From Podarcis liolepis (Eukaryota): a DNA stretch of 64,000 bases. Every line of letters starts with the position of its first letter. Positions within the stretch are counted from its first letter, which is position 1. The stretch lies in NCBI GenBank assembly GCA_965112155.1, contig OZ218104.1. One strand, given 5' to 3'. The notes below the pieces were generated by a model. The model made no database searches and was not told the DNA's origin. It saw only the letters and a program-made list of their open reading frames with translations. Both the position numbers and the translations under genes were made by a program. Shown in pieces: positions 23,001 to 35,645 of this stretch.

Positions 23001-24411
23001 CAAATGGGATGGTGGGCAGCACAGTACGTACATCTAAAGGTTGGTACACTCTGGATGAGGGAAGAATTGACTAAAACATTCACTTTTTACCGGGGGGGGG
23101 GGGGGCAGATTAAGATGTAGTTTGAATACGCCCACTTTTGCAAATGTAAATATTTAATTTTTAAAAATAAATACGGTATGCTGCCTCTCCTGAGGCTTAA
23201 TGCAGCTAGACACATTAAACAATTAGGGTGGCTTCCTTTTCTTAGTGTAAAACAGAGGAAGATACCAGCATCCCAAAAGTTTACTGTCTGTCTCACACAG
23301 ATTCCTCCGCTTAAGTTCAAGCAAGCCACTTCTATTCTTCCCAATAAATCTCATAATTTGTTTACAAGTTAACAAACATGCTCAGATCGGTTCATGAGGG
23401 TAAAAAGAGAATACAAAGACAAATCTCACTTTCTGAACTACAAAACAATCACAAATCAACCAGCCACCCTTCAAATTGGTCTTTTGAGGCATTCAACATA
23501 TACAGCAATATATGTTCACCTTCTACTGGCAGATACATATTGAGACAGAGACACAGACACACACACACTTCCAAAAGTAAATCCAGGACATCACTCTTGA
23601 TTTAGTTTTTTGTAACACACTGAAAACTCAAGAGGAGAGTTCCCTTTTGGCATGAGTGGGGAGAAAGAGCCAATATACTTGATAAAACACAACAGTCAAA
23701 GTCAGGGAGGGGGCAGAGAAGACGAGCAATGAGTGAGGGGGTCATGCAAGTCACTCAGAATGCATTTGGGGGGGCAAAAGGGAGGTCACCTAGTGACAGG
23801 ATGGCACTGACAGATAAACTACCACCTAATATTAGAAGAGGTGGGTTAATACCAGAGGCAGAGAGCGAGAGAGAGAGAAATAATGAGAAACTCCCCATTT
23901 TTTTAATGATGGGTGCAAGATACTGTGAGGGCTGAGGGAGCTGAGAGAATTCAGGAAAAGGACAGTGAATTTGGACGGGCAGATGCATTCATTTGTTTAA
24001 AAGAGTTATATCCCGCCTTTCAGAAGTCTCTTTACAAAACCAGCCACAATACTTATCATGTTAACCGAGTGAAAATGAGCGATTAACAACACGGGGAAAG
24101 CAGATATGTTGATGCATTAAAAAAAAAAAAGCAGCAGCAGCTCGGAAGGATTAAGAAGGAGCAGGAAGCAAAGACCCTTGCAGCGTCTGAAAGGGAGGTT
24201 GGCAAATTAGAAAAGCGGGATGTGGTGGGAAGTTGGCTGTAGGGATAAAAGAAAGCAAATGCCCCACCCACCCCTCACAGAAAACTAAAGTAGCGAAAAC
24301 AAAACAAAGGAGTATTCGGGGTGGCTGCGAGAGAGACCCCCTCGCTTCTCACTGAGAGCGGGGTGAGAATTAACTGTCGGCTAAACTTGTTCACTTTCCT
24401 CACTCACTCAC

Positions 24412-24800
24412 CTGGAGTCAGATGAGGGGAACCAGCAGCACCTCCTCACCTGCCGAACTCCTGCCTTGACTGCCGGCCGGCCCCTACCCTCACTTCACTC
24501 CAACTCACCTCACCTCGCGCCACCACCGCCGCCGCCGCCGCCGCCTCTTCTTTCTGAGAGTCCCTCAGGGGCTGAAGGTCCCCGTCGCCACCGCCGGAAG
24601 CCCCGCTCCTGGGAAGGGGGGGTGAGGCGCGCGGCATGACGGGACTTGTAGTTTACGGCGAGGCCCCGCCCCCGCCCGCGGGGATCAAGGACGCCGGACA
24701 GGTGAGGTCAAGAAGGAAGGCGGGCCAGGAGGCCGGGTGCTTCGTCGTCTGGTTTCGTGCGGAAAGGAGGCTTGGTGGGGGGCGGGGGATGCTGTCTTGT
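24412..24800 (-). promoter_or_regulatory. PHACTR4: PHACTR4 CpG-island promoter and non-coding exon 1
   Basis: GC/CpG-rich; (GCC)n run ~24525-24545; ETS CCGGAAG 24594-24600; ACTACAAGTCCC (ZNF143/THAP11-type) 24641-24652; GC boxes ~24662-24677 and ~24778-24788; minus-strand donors CAG|GTGAGT at 24412, plus 24450, 24509, 24514. Confidence 0.75.
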
Positions 24801-24868
24801 CACTAGACGGACGGGCTTCTCGGAAGGGAAATAAATTCAAATTATATATATATAGTTCAATAAGTTCA

Positions 24869-24899
24869 ATCTATCTATCTATCTATCTATCTATCTATA
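24869..24899. repeat. (ATCT)n microsatellite
   Basis: Direct reading. Confidence 0.9.
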
Positions 24900-25682
24900 T
24901 AGTGTAGAATACATATTGCAGTTGAGATGAGGATGATGAGTTATAACAGCCGAGGGCTTTGTGGCGCCTTAAAAACTTGGCAAGGGTATGAGATTTCGTA
25001 AACTAGTTCACGAAAGTTTATGCCACTCTACGCCAGTGCGGCACGAGACTCCTTGCAGTTTTTGCTGCAGATGCCCGATATGATTCCTAATAATAACAAC
25101 AGTAGTATTGCAGTTAGGCTAGTATTGCAGTTTTCAGTGCAATCCTGTACATGCCTGCTCAGAAATATGCTTCATTCATTCAGGGAGTTTACTCCCAAGT
25201 AGATAGGATTTGCAGCTTTAGTTGATTAACAAAATAAAGTTAAGCTGGTATCCTAAGAGTTCTGTTTGTTTTTCATGGAAAAATGTTAATAGAGGTGAAA
25301 TACTGACTGACACAATTGCCTTCCCATTTATCTTTAAAATACCTCCCACAATATCATTATCTGACTAACCACAAAAGATAACTTAGCTTGTGCTGCTAAT
25401 AACAGGAACTTAGTTATTAAAAAATTTGCATACTTATAAATGAAAACATACAAATAACACCTCCCTGACTTTGAAGCTACTGCAGACAGAGTTTATAACT
25501 CAGGTTTCAGTCCAGCCTTAAGAACTACCGTAGCTGCAGGTCATCCAAGTTCCACCCACAGTTGCCTCACCTTACAGCGGGAGTGGGTGGAAATCTGCAG
25601 ATGAACTTTCTCCTTCAAATGCTTAGGCATCCCTTCCGGCAAAAGTATGACTCAGGTACCAGGAATGCCCACAGGATTCCTC

Positions 25683-25683
25683 T

Positions 25684-25714
<31 letters not shown>
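25683..25714. repeat. (TTTC)n microsatellite
   Basis: Direct reading. Confidence 0.9.
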
Positions 25715-25715
<1 letters not shown>

Positions 25716-25873
25716 AAATTGACACCTCTTTTAAGGAAGAGCATGTGATGATTTCTTTTTCTCTGTAAAAAAAAAAGAAGTTAGCTAGGATAGCTAAGCA
25801 GTACTTATGACTAGTGCCTTAATGATACTTGGCTCATTGAGTTTGTGCATCAAAGTTGCTAATTCCATAAACC

Positions 25874-26006
25874 CAGTGCTTTTTTTCTAGAAAAATAGGT
25901 GCCTGTACTCACCATGAAGTTGTTACAGTCACTGCCACACATTTTAACCAAAATAGGGAGTGCTGGTACGGCATACCCTTGAGTACCCTCTGAAAAAAGA
26001 GGATTG
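25874..26006. mobile_element. Short hAT-type MITE
   Basis: CAGTGCTTTTTTT.../...GAAAAAAGAGGATTG termini; perfect 8-bp TSD CATAAACC (25866-25873, 26007-26014); related to 43397-43532. Confidence 0.75.
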
Positions 26007-27453
26007 CATAAACCTATGAATGTTTGCTCAAAAGCAAGCTCCATGGAGCTTAATCTGAGGAAAGTATGCATAAGATTTTGGGCTTATGGGCCCCTGCAAC
26101 CTGTTGGGGTGGAGGGTATATTTTGCAATAATAGTGTTTTAGTAGTGGATTTGTGCTGGACTGTCCACACATTGTTTTGCTTTACTTGTAGTTCTGTGAT
26201 GCTTCTGCAATGTTGCTTCATTATTGCTGTCTGGAGGGGCACTCTTGTGCCACAGTGCTACAAAAGCAGGACACCACCACCACCACCTTGGAATGGTCAA
26301 AAACTTACAGAATGCCAGCAGGAATTTTTCAGGACACTCACCAGTTGGAAGTGAAATTGAATGAATGGGTTAACTCCAGTGTAGGGCTAAGTTAAAGTCA
26401 CTTAGCAGTATATTTGTTCCACAGGCAAAATGTCTTCTACAAAAAAACTGTGCAAGAGACTGCAGAAGCAAGTTGCTGGCATCTTCATTGTACCATAGAG
26501 TGAGCAGTCTATTGCACAACACATTTCCACTAGTGCAACGGTTGCATTAGAATCCTCTGTTGTGCAACATTAAAACTTGCCCATCTGCTACCACAAGAGC
26601 CCTTGAGCTAGAAAACAGAGAACATTAGATACAGCCCTATGTCCACCCCAACACTTTTGCAAGTAGGCACAAACAGTATTGAAAGCAGAATCAAATATAA
26701 CCACCCAGATACCATCATATGCACAGATAACCAATGTATCATAAAATAACTTTTGGAGGGACCCAAATAAACAACGATCTGGAAGTTCCCTTTTGCAATT
26801 CTACTTCTGCCATGAACCCACTAGGGACAGCAATCCTGTAAAACTTACAAGGGAGTAAGTCCCATTGAACACTTACTTTTGAGTAAACATGCATATATTT
26901 AGGCTGCATTTGATCTTAAGCAAGCCGTAAGAGCATAAGAAGAGTGCTGATGGATTATTTATTCAAGTTGGCACCCCTGCACTTCCTCACCATAAGGGGA
27001 CTGGTCCAGCCCCATTATCAATCACCTGACTGGAAAGACAGATAGAGCTGGATTAATGACACCCAGCTCCATACAGCTTTATATTAATGTTGAACAATAT
27101 GGAGGACAAAATGGATCTTGGAGGGGCACCATAATGAAAATGTCATGATGCAGAAGTAAGATCTTTATGGAATCCACCCTCCAGGTAGGAGCAGAGCCAC
27201 TTAAAAGAAGGTACCTTCATTCCCCAACCTCAGTGATATAAAATGCTACCAAATGATCCGGTAGAACCAATAGAGTTGAATTTTCCCCTTTTATCTCCTG
27301 GTGTATGGCACCCATCATGGTGGTCAAGCCAGTTTCAGTTACAAATCTGGGCCAGAATCTAGATCAAAAAATGGATCCATCTAATCAGTTTGTGAGCATG
27401 ATCAATCCATCAGTCAAATAAGACTTCTTAAAACTGGGTGACAGTAGTAAATA

Positions 27454-27695
27454 CAGTGGTACCTTGGGTTAAGTACTTAATTCGTTCCGGAGGTCCGTTC
27501 TTAACCTGAAACTGCTCTTAACTTGAAGCACCACTTTAGCTAATGGAGCCTCCTGCTGCCGCCGTGCCGTCAGAGCACGATTTCTGTTTTTATCCTGAAG
27601 CAAAGTTCTTAACCCAAGGTACTATTTCTGGGTTAGCGGAGTCTGCAACCTGAAGCGTCTGTAACCTGAAGCGTATGTAACCCGAGGTACCACTG
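27454..27695. mobile_element. Tigger/pogo-like MITE (copy 1; opposite orientation to copies at 49934 and 52022)
   Basis: TIR CAGTGGTACCTYGGGTTA, TA on both sides, repeated TTCAGGTTA subterminal motifs. Confidence 0.88.
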
Positions 27696-28858
27696 TACTA
27701 GCAACCAACAATATCTTCTCTCATGTCATAAATATCCTGTCATCTTTCCTATACATAAACGTGAGACCGAGCCACTGGGATACCAAAGGTGAACTACATG
27801 AGCAGAGAGGATTCAGGAACTTTCGCTTCAGGACAAAGTCAATCAGTAACTTGCTGCCATTGGCAAAATTAGGAGTCGGGCAAAGCATTTGACCTTGATC
27901 ATGCGGAAGAGAATTCTGTTTACGCGGACAAGAGCAGGCTGTGCAGAGAGACATGCAAAACCACACAATTACTTTTGCCAACAATGCCTGTGCAGAAAAT
28001 CACTATTATTAGTTACATTTATATACTGCCCTTTGTCAAAAGAACACCAATGTCAATACATAACATAATATGTATACAATATGAAAATCAAGACAGTTAT
28101 CTAAATACAATTACAAAAAGATGTAATGCATAACTGGATACAGATTATCATAAAATGCAAATTATTGTAGCAGCAACAGTATAGAAAACAAAGAGGAGAA
28201 AACCAGCAGGAGAGTATCTAAAATATAAAAACAGTGAACCAATAATGAACCTTCCTTCTGTCCAAAGGCAATTCTCTGTGGCTCCCACAGAGAATGACAG
28301 ACCCTTTCCCAGTCTCTTACCCTGAGAGATCTTCAGCTTCCCAACTCTCACTCAAAGTCCTTCTACCATCTAGCTGCCACTTTTATGTGGGTGCGGTACT
28401 TAGTCCCCAGTGGTACCTCAGAAGGGGACGCACCCGAAGGATAATTCTCTGTGGTGTCTCCCCTTCGAGGTGACTTCCACTGGCATTGGCCCACCACTGG
28501 GCTTATCCCCCTGATTGCCAACAACAGAAAAAAGGCAAAGCATGCTACGATGCCTTAGAGGTCATGGATTTTTTTGTGGGATGAGTTTTGAGTTTTCTCA
28601 GGCCACAGATAAATGAAGCACATGGAGGAAATGGGTGGTGCACAGGGTACATAAGCAAAAGAACAAGGAAACTAAATGAGACAGGTAAGACCTGCAACAA
28701 TGCAACAAAAGGTTGGCGGTGTGGAGTGCTCCTGTTCAAGGTTCCAGCCATGAAAAAGGCCAACCATTCCCTTTCCCAGGATATACCATGCCACCCCCTA
28801 GTGGTTTAGCATCGCATTCCCCTCATCAGGTCCTAGGGCTGGGAGAGAGATCCTTCCT

Positions 28859-29421
28859 TGTTGTTGTTTAGTTGTTTAGTCGTGTCCGACTCTTCGTGAC
28901 CCCATGGACCAGAGCACGCCAGGCACTTCTGTCTTCCACTGCCTCCCACAGTTTGGTCAGACTCATGTTTGTAGCTTCGAAGACACTATCCAACCATCTC
29001 GTCCTCTGTCGTCCCCTTCTCCTTGTGCCCTCCATCTTTCCCAACAGCAGGGTCTTTTCCAGGGAGTCTTCTCTTCTCATGAGGTGGCCAAAGTATTGGA
29101 GCCTCAGCTTCAGATCTGTCCTTCCAGTGAGCACTCTGGGCTGATTTCCTTAAGAATGGATAGGTTTGATCTTCTTGCAGTCCATGGGACTCTCAAGAGT
29201 CTCCTCCAGCACCAGAATTCAAAAGCATCAATTCTTTGGTGATCAGCCTTCTTTATGGTCCAGCTCTCACTTCCATACATCACTACTGGGAAAACCATAG
29301 CTTTTACTATACGGACCTTTGTTGGCAAGGTGATGTCTCTACTTTTTAAGATGCTGTCTAGGTTTGTCATTGCTTTCCTCCCAAGAAGCAGGCATCTCTT
29401 AATTTCGTGGCTGCTGTCACC
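28859..29421 (-). mobile_element. 5'-truncated RTE-BovB LINE inserted into an older tRNA-derived SINE
   Basis: Encodes HEIKRCLLLGRKAMTNLDSILKSRDITLPTKVRIVKAMVFPVVMYGSESWTIKKAD...; (CAA)n tail; 11-bp TSD AGATCCTTCCT at 28848-28858 and 29422-29432. Confidence 0.92.
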
Positions 29422-29697
29422 AGATCCTTCCTGGAACCCTGGAAAGCTGCTGCCCATCAGTGTAGACAACACTAGCTGCTCTCATGGTCTGACTATTCAT
29501 TGTTTTCCTACCTGCCAATGCCTTCTTCAGAATCCATGTGACATGGAGACCTCTTTGGCTGTGGTACCCAGGTGTAGAACACAATCCCCAAATAGCCTGG
29601 TACAAAACTAAAACCTTTTGCTTCATCACTCTATTCTGATAAGGGTGGTATATGAACAAGTTAGGCCATTGGTCCATCTAGCTCAGTATTGTGTATA

Positions 29698-29947
29698 GAG
29701 CCAGTGTGGTGTAGTGGTTAAGAGTGGTAGACTTGTAATCTGGGGAACCGGGTTCGCGTCTCCGCTCCTCCACATGCAGCTGCTGAGTGACCTTGGGCTA
29801 GTCACACTTCTCTGAAGTCTCTCAGCCTCACTCACCTCACAGCGTGTTTGTTTTGGGGGAGGAAGGGAAAGGAGAATGTTAGCCTCTTTGAGACTCCTAC
29901 GGGTAGTGATAAAGCGGGATATCAAATCCAAACTCCTCCAAACTCCT
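29698..29947 (+). mobile_element. tRNA-derived MIR/Ther1-related SINE (Squam3-like) nested in a minus-strand SINE
   Basis: Pol III A box TGGTGTAGTGG, B box GGTTCGCGTCT, core GTGACCTTGGGCTAGTCAC, L2-like 3' end AAAGCGGGATATCAAAT. Flanks 29664-29697 and 29948-30073 continue another SINE. Confidence 0.8.
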
Positions 29948-31647
29948 ATACTGACTGGCAGCAGCTCTCCAGGGTTTCAGGTGAGGGTCTCTCCCACCTC
30001 TACCTGGAGAGGTCAGGAATTGAACCTGGGACCTTCTGCATGCAAGGTTGATTATCTAGCAGTGAGCTACGGCCTTACCCCAATAAAATAATGAATACCC
30101 AGGTTCCACTCACCCATTAAACTCACTTGTCTCTCAGTCTGTCTTGTCTCACAGCGTTGTGTGAATAAAATGTGGTGGCATGGGGGAAACCATCTATGCC
30201 TCACTAAGCTTGTAGGAAAGGCAAGATAAAAATGTTAAGTTTTTCGGCTCACAAACCTGAGTGTGGAACAAGAAATAAGGAGAAACAAATTTCTGGTTCC
30301 AGAAATTTGAAACAGAATTCCTTCCCTTTGTCAATCCGGCAGAAGACCCAGAGTGGAATGAGAGGTGCATTTTTGCTGTTTGCTCCTTCCCCTGAAGCTT
30401 CTGATGCCTCCCCACCACAGTGATCTGCAGGGTGCCTCAATCCTCTGCAGCAGTTTGGGGTCAGGGTGCAGGGGGGGGGGAAATTAAAATTGACAAAAAT
30501 TTGCCTTCCTTTCTCTCTGCCCCCACCCTTCTCCAGCATGAGAACTTAATGTTTATGGGATTTCTGGATCCAATACCATAATTATAGTGAGAGAACCACC
30601 CCGAAATCCCTAAAATGCACTATAAATTACAGTTTTGCTCCTGCTGTTGTGACTGGCACCCAAAGGTGGGAAGACTACAAATTCCTCCTTTGGCACATTG
30701 ACTTCCTCCAGGTTCCAGAGCTTCTGCAAAATACAAGTAAAAATAAACACAACTGGGAAAAGAGGAAGAAAGGAAATTCTGGCAGATCAGCAAATCTTTC
30801 AGTGGTAGAGAACTGCTATATATTTATATCCCTAATGACCTTTTAATAAAGTGTAACAAACACAGAGGCATTATTCTGAATCGAGTTGGCAGTGAAACTG
30901 GCTGACTCCGGAATATAGATGACAAATACTCTTTCAGTTTATTATCTGTCTGTTCTAGCAATTTTGAGCTACCATGATAAAAACTGTAACAATGCAAAGC
31001 CCTCTGTTTTGAAATATATATAATCAGAATTGCATTTGAGAGGAGCAGCCTCTTAATCTCTGACCAGCTGAGGCTCCATCTATTTTTTAATGCAGTTTGG
31101 GAGGGCAGGATATGTTGCCATTTTCTTCTCCTTGTGAAAAGGTTCCTGTGCCTGTAAGAGCTGTGTCACAAACAGATATTCAACAGGCATTGTTCTCTAC
31201 ATTTCCACAATGTGAAAACATAATCTGTTGAATATCTGCCTGTCCTGTAAGATGTTAAATGGGAAGGAGTGGGGCAGGAAGACTGACAGCCCTGTTAGGA
31301 GGCCATCACTTTTTAAAGATTCCAAAACCCATCGTAGAACTAAACAGTCACAAAATAGGGAGCAAACCTCAGAGTACGGTACACCAGAAGTCTTCATCAG
31401 CTTGGATGTTGAGCAAAGGACCGGAGGTGGAGAAGAAAAAAGATCTAAGGGCTCCAAAAGATTGCCTGTTTACTCAGCATTAATCCAGATTTGCTTGCAC
31501 AAATCTTACACGGCGGTTAGACTGTGTCTAGTCTTTATTGAGCATTTGTTCTGAATTGCTGATAGAGTAAAAATATATATATATTGCATTCCTGTACCCG
31601 TGAAAATCTACGAAAGCAAATATCTCACACCCGAAGACACCAAAACC

Positions 31648-31650
<3 letters not shown>

Positions 31651-31696
<46 letters not shown>
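31651..31696. repeat. (AT)23 microsatellite
   Basis: Direct reading. Confidence 0.95.
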
Positions 31697-31699
<3 letters not shown>

Positions 31700-33799
31700 C
31701 TTGTGGAGAGTGCGTACATCTTCCCATTCACCATTCATTCATCCCACACTCATTCGGTACAGTTCCCTGCTACTTTCCAAACCACAAAAAAGTCTATTGT
31801 TGTCCTTTTAAAGTGGATTTGTGGTGACAGATCACATTAATCCACTTTAATTGCACAAACCTAAAGTTCCTATAATATATGTACTTGAACACACACACAC
31901 CCTGAAAATTACTGAAAGGAACCCAACTTGATGAGAACTAACCTTGTAATCTAGGGCTTGGTAGGAGTTCACCTTAATCTGTATTGGTCTCAGCCTTAGT
32001 GTAGGAAGAGGTACTACTATGCAGTTTCAGGAGACAAATAGAGAGGCTGGGAAGAAGAAACACACAGCTTTCCCCCATTTTTTAAATAATGAAATCCTGC
32101 CATTTTCTGCCCCTGTCTCTAGCCTTAATCAAAATGCAAGAGGTTATCATAAATAGCAGAAGTAGGAGAAACGTGGCGATTTTTACATTAGCAATACGGG
32201 AGTTTCATTTTAAGTAGTGTACTAAATAAACAAAATCAATGAAAACGAAGCAGATCTCACCCTCTCCCTCGTAGGTCAACTTTGACAGGTGGGCAGGATT
32301 GATAGGTAGGTGAGCTGCTTTGCTTGCAGGGTGGTGGTGGTAAGATAAAGTTCTAATCAGCAGTGCCAAAAAGCTTCCCCACTCCTGACCTAGTGGCTGT
32401 GGAGAATGTAATTTCAAAGAAAAAAAGTCCATGGGATTCAAAACAACTACTTTGGAAAACCAGGGATGAAAATAATAGAGTTTTCTAATCATACTGAAGT
32501 GGTTAAGCACAGTGGTTTAATCATGAGGTCGGGAAATATGCAGCAATAAAGTACCAGCGATGTCCAGAAGGTGGCTCTGTTGAATAAAAAAAAGCCTTAG
32601 TTTTTTTGGTACAGGATTGGATCACCGTACTCTATGTTCCCCGCAGAGAAAACACAATTTTATTAAAGGTACTTTACCAGCAGGACGTTACAAATGGTGA
32701 CAAGGGCAAGGTGTCAAGGAATGCAGTAGATTAGATTTACACAGGGGGTACGAGCTGCAGATTGGACTAGTCAGATGAAGACAGCATGTTTGGGTCAATA
32801 TTCCTCCACTGGTAATCCTTCACCCATCCAATCTTTATCCACCCTGTATAAATGCAGGAGTTTTGTCCTGTGCCCTCTCTAGCAATCAGACACAGCTTCT
32901 CGTGCTTTTAAAGAAAGAAAAAGTGAGCAACTTATGAAATGACTCTTCTCATATTTACTACTATATGGGCCCAACGCTGAACACTAAATGACATATTTTG
33001 CATGCAAACAGTCACAGGGGACAGGAAACTGCTTTTTATTGAATCAGGCTGCTGGTTCATCTTCTTCAGTCCTGTCTGTGTGCATGAGCAGCAGTGTAGT
33101 GGCAGGAGTCTTGCCCATCCCAATTTGGAGACGCTAATAGATGAGGACGGAATCCAGGACTTTCTGCATGTAAAGCAGGGCTGGGGAACCTCCATCCTGT
33201 GGGCCAAATTTAGCTCACCAGGCCTCCCCAAGGGACCCATTTGCCCATTTCAGGCAAGCCATGCCCACCAGCCTGAAGTCATATATGATGTCAGGAGTGG
33301 GGCAGGTAAGGACAGGGTTTGGCCAAAAGGGGCTCTGTACAGAAGTTCCTAAATGTCTGACAGCCATATACTGGGTACTGGGGAAGCACTGGGCAAAGTG
33401 CTTTGCAAATCCAACGCTCTGAATTTCCCATGCTTCTGATGACCAGTTGCTGGAAATCCCAGGATGGGCGAGTGCTCTTGCACTTTGGTCCTGTGTCCAG
33501 GCTTCCCATAGGCACTTGGGTGGCCCATGAGGACAAAATGGCCAGAGTGCTGATCCAGCAGGCTCTTCTTGTGTTCTTACCCTCAACCAAGTATACAAGG
33601 CAATGGGGGGGGGGGTTTCAAGATACAGCAGACCAATACATCTACTGTTCTGTAACACAATTCCTTCCCAACTTTAGGGTGTTATATATAACTATACACA
33701 TACACACAGTTAACCTCCACTGCCTTGCAGCTATAGTCATTCCTGAGAAAGGCTTTGGGAGTAAACCCCTGAGGAAAAATTTGTACCCACTGCCTACGG

Positions 33800-33936
33800 C
33801 AGGCTTCCTCAACCTCGGCCCTCCGGATATTTTTGAGGCTACAATTCTCATCATCCCTGACCACTGGTCCTGCTAGCTAGGGATCATGGGAGTTGTAGGC
33901 CAAAAACCTCTGGAGGGCCGAGGTTGAGGAAGCCTG
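33800..33936. mobile_element. Palindromic hAT-type MITE (ACTACAACTCCC family)
   Basis: TIR CAGGCTTCCTCAACCTCGGCCCTCC / GGAGGGCCGAGGTTGAGGAAGCCTG. Confidence 0.85.
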
Positions 33937-34607
33937 GGTTAAGGAGTAAGCCCTACACATATCCAGAATGGAGTCCCTAAAACGGTTGGATGGCACCTTG
34001 TACACCTCCTTCCAGCAACTTCTGCAGCCAAGTTTGTGCCAAACATATTGCTGTTTTCCTTTGGACCACAGCAGCGAGGCTGAGAGGGGGGTCTTGTCAT
34101 CTGGGCAGTCCAAGATATCAAGCCCCATACACACCACCCACCTTGCATTCTGGGAAGGTCACTTTGGTGCTGCTAATGCATCAGCTTGACTTCACCCCTG
34201 GAGGCACACTGCGTTGTCTGTCAAGACAGAAAGATGCCAACAACAACATCATACACAGTAAGAAGCTTACCAATTCATTCTCAAGAAGCTGGAGCAGGAA
34301 CACATTTTTTCCTCAAGCCGTACAACATGGAAAGAAAGTTTGTTTTGGTTTAATAAAAGACAAACAGAACTATCAGATTTTTAATAAAAATAAAAGCTTC
34401 TTCCAATTGTTCCGAAACTTCAGAGAGAGGGGGGAACACATACCATTAAGCCATGAAAAATAAGAAGGAAACCCAACAGGAAGGAATAAATTTTGATGGA
34501 AAGTGCGTGTGTGTGTTTGATTGACTGGTGCGTGTTGATCACGTATGGGTGTGCTTGAACTGAATGGAACGCTTTTTAAACTGAAGTCAGATTAAGTTGT
34601 GTTTCTT

Positions 34608-34834
34608 GGGCAGAATCCAATGTCCTCATTCTGTTAGCACAAGGATTTGCACTTGCACAAGGAAATTCCCTCTCCCCCCCCCGCACCCTCCTCAAATCTG
34701 CTCCGGAGGATTGGGGTATACCCTAGGATAGATTTAAGAGGGTGCACAGTGGTAGAAGAGGGCAAAGTTCGGTTGCAAAAGCAGAAATCTTTGTGCTGAC
34801 CAACGTCAGTTTGTGCTAATTCAGATATAACTCT
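34608..34834. mobile_element. Degraded long-palindromic MITE (PIF/Harbinger-like)
   Basis: Nested inverted matches: AGCACAAGGATTT/AAATCTTTGTGCT and GCACCCTCCTCAAATCT/AGATTTAAGAGGGTGC. Confidence 0.55.
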
Positions 34835-35645
34835 TAGTTGCTAGGAATTCAATGGGATTACCGTAGTTTAAGTGTATGATTGATTGGGCATACAGTGGTT
34901 GGGAAGAGCAAGCTGATCTCTCTTTTGCATAGCTGTCAGTCATTCTATTTATAGATGCGAAATGCATGGTTTTAATTTGTAGTCTTTTATTTCCTGGTGT
35001 TTAGAATACAGTATGTTTTGTTTGGTTGTTTATATTTTGCAATGTGTAACTGCCCTTGTATTTTGTAACCCATTTATATTTTGATGCTATACAGGATGCT
35101 CTTAGCAGCTAATCGTGTTTTATACTGTGGAGCTTCCCCCATCTTTTATTTAATATGCTTTAACTTGCGCTGTAAATTGCTCTGAGATTTGTTTAAATGT
35201 TAGCATATGTTGTCAAAAGAAGAATGGGGCAACTTCAGGAGGCAGCTGGAGGTGCATAAAATGAGTTGCCTGGTGTATTGGTTTATCCACCTGCAATGTC
35301 ATCAGGATTTATTAAGCCGCTCTTAACTTGTGAGGTGTCAGCTGTGAGTCTGTTTTGACGTTGGATTGACTTGTGACAATGGTTACCAATTATGAAAGTA
35401 GCAGAAAGGCATGTATGACACACCAACAATGTATAACTTATCTATCACAAGAATGAAGAAATGGTGGACAGAAAATGCACACAACTGACACATTCACAAC
35501 ACATTACAGAGAGGACCCCCAATATATATTTTTTCTGTTTATGCAGCATTTTTTTGGTGTAGATTAAGAAATCTATCCCCCTCCCCCCACAAAAAAACCT
35601 GTCTGGCTTTTGAGAATCATAATAACTCTTCTATAACCCATCTCC

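Noticed and set aside
28868-29472. Protein-like ORFs (also 17071-17415 and 35841-36056)
   Set aside because: Truncated, frameshifted BovB ORF fragments bounded by TSDs.
29698-29775. tRNA genes (also ~41040 and ~63840)
   Set aside because: A/B boxes are present, but there is no intact cloverleaf and each continues into a SINE body.
31228-31554. 108-aa plus-strand ORF
   Set aside because: No recognisable homology, non-ATG first codon, no supporting exon structure.
34142-34330. Two apparent minus-strand exons (donor 34270, acceptor 34218)
   Set aside because: The implied intron is only 53 nt and the downstream segment has stops in all three frames.
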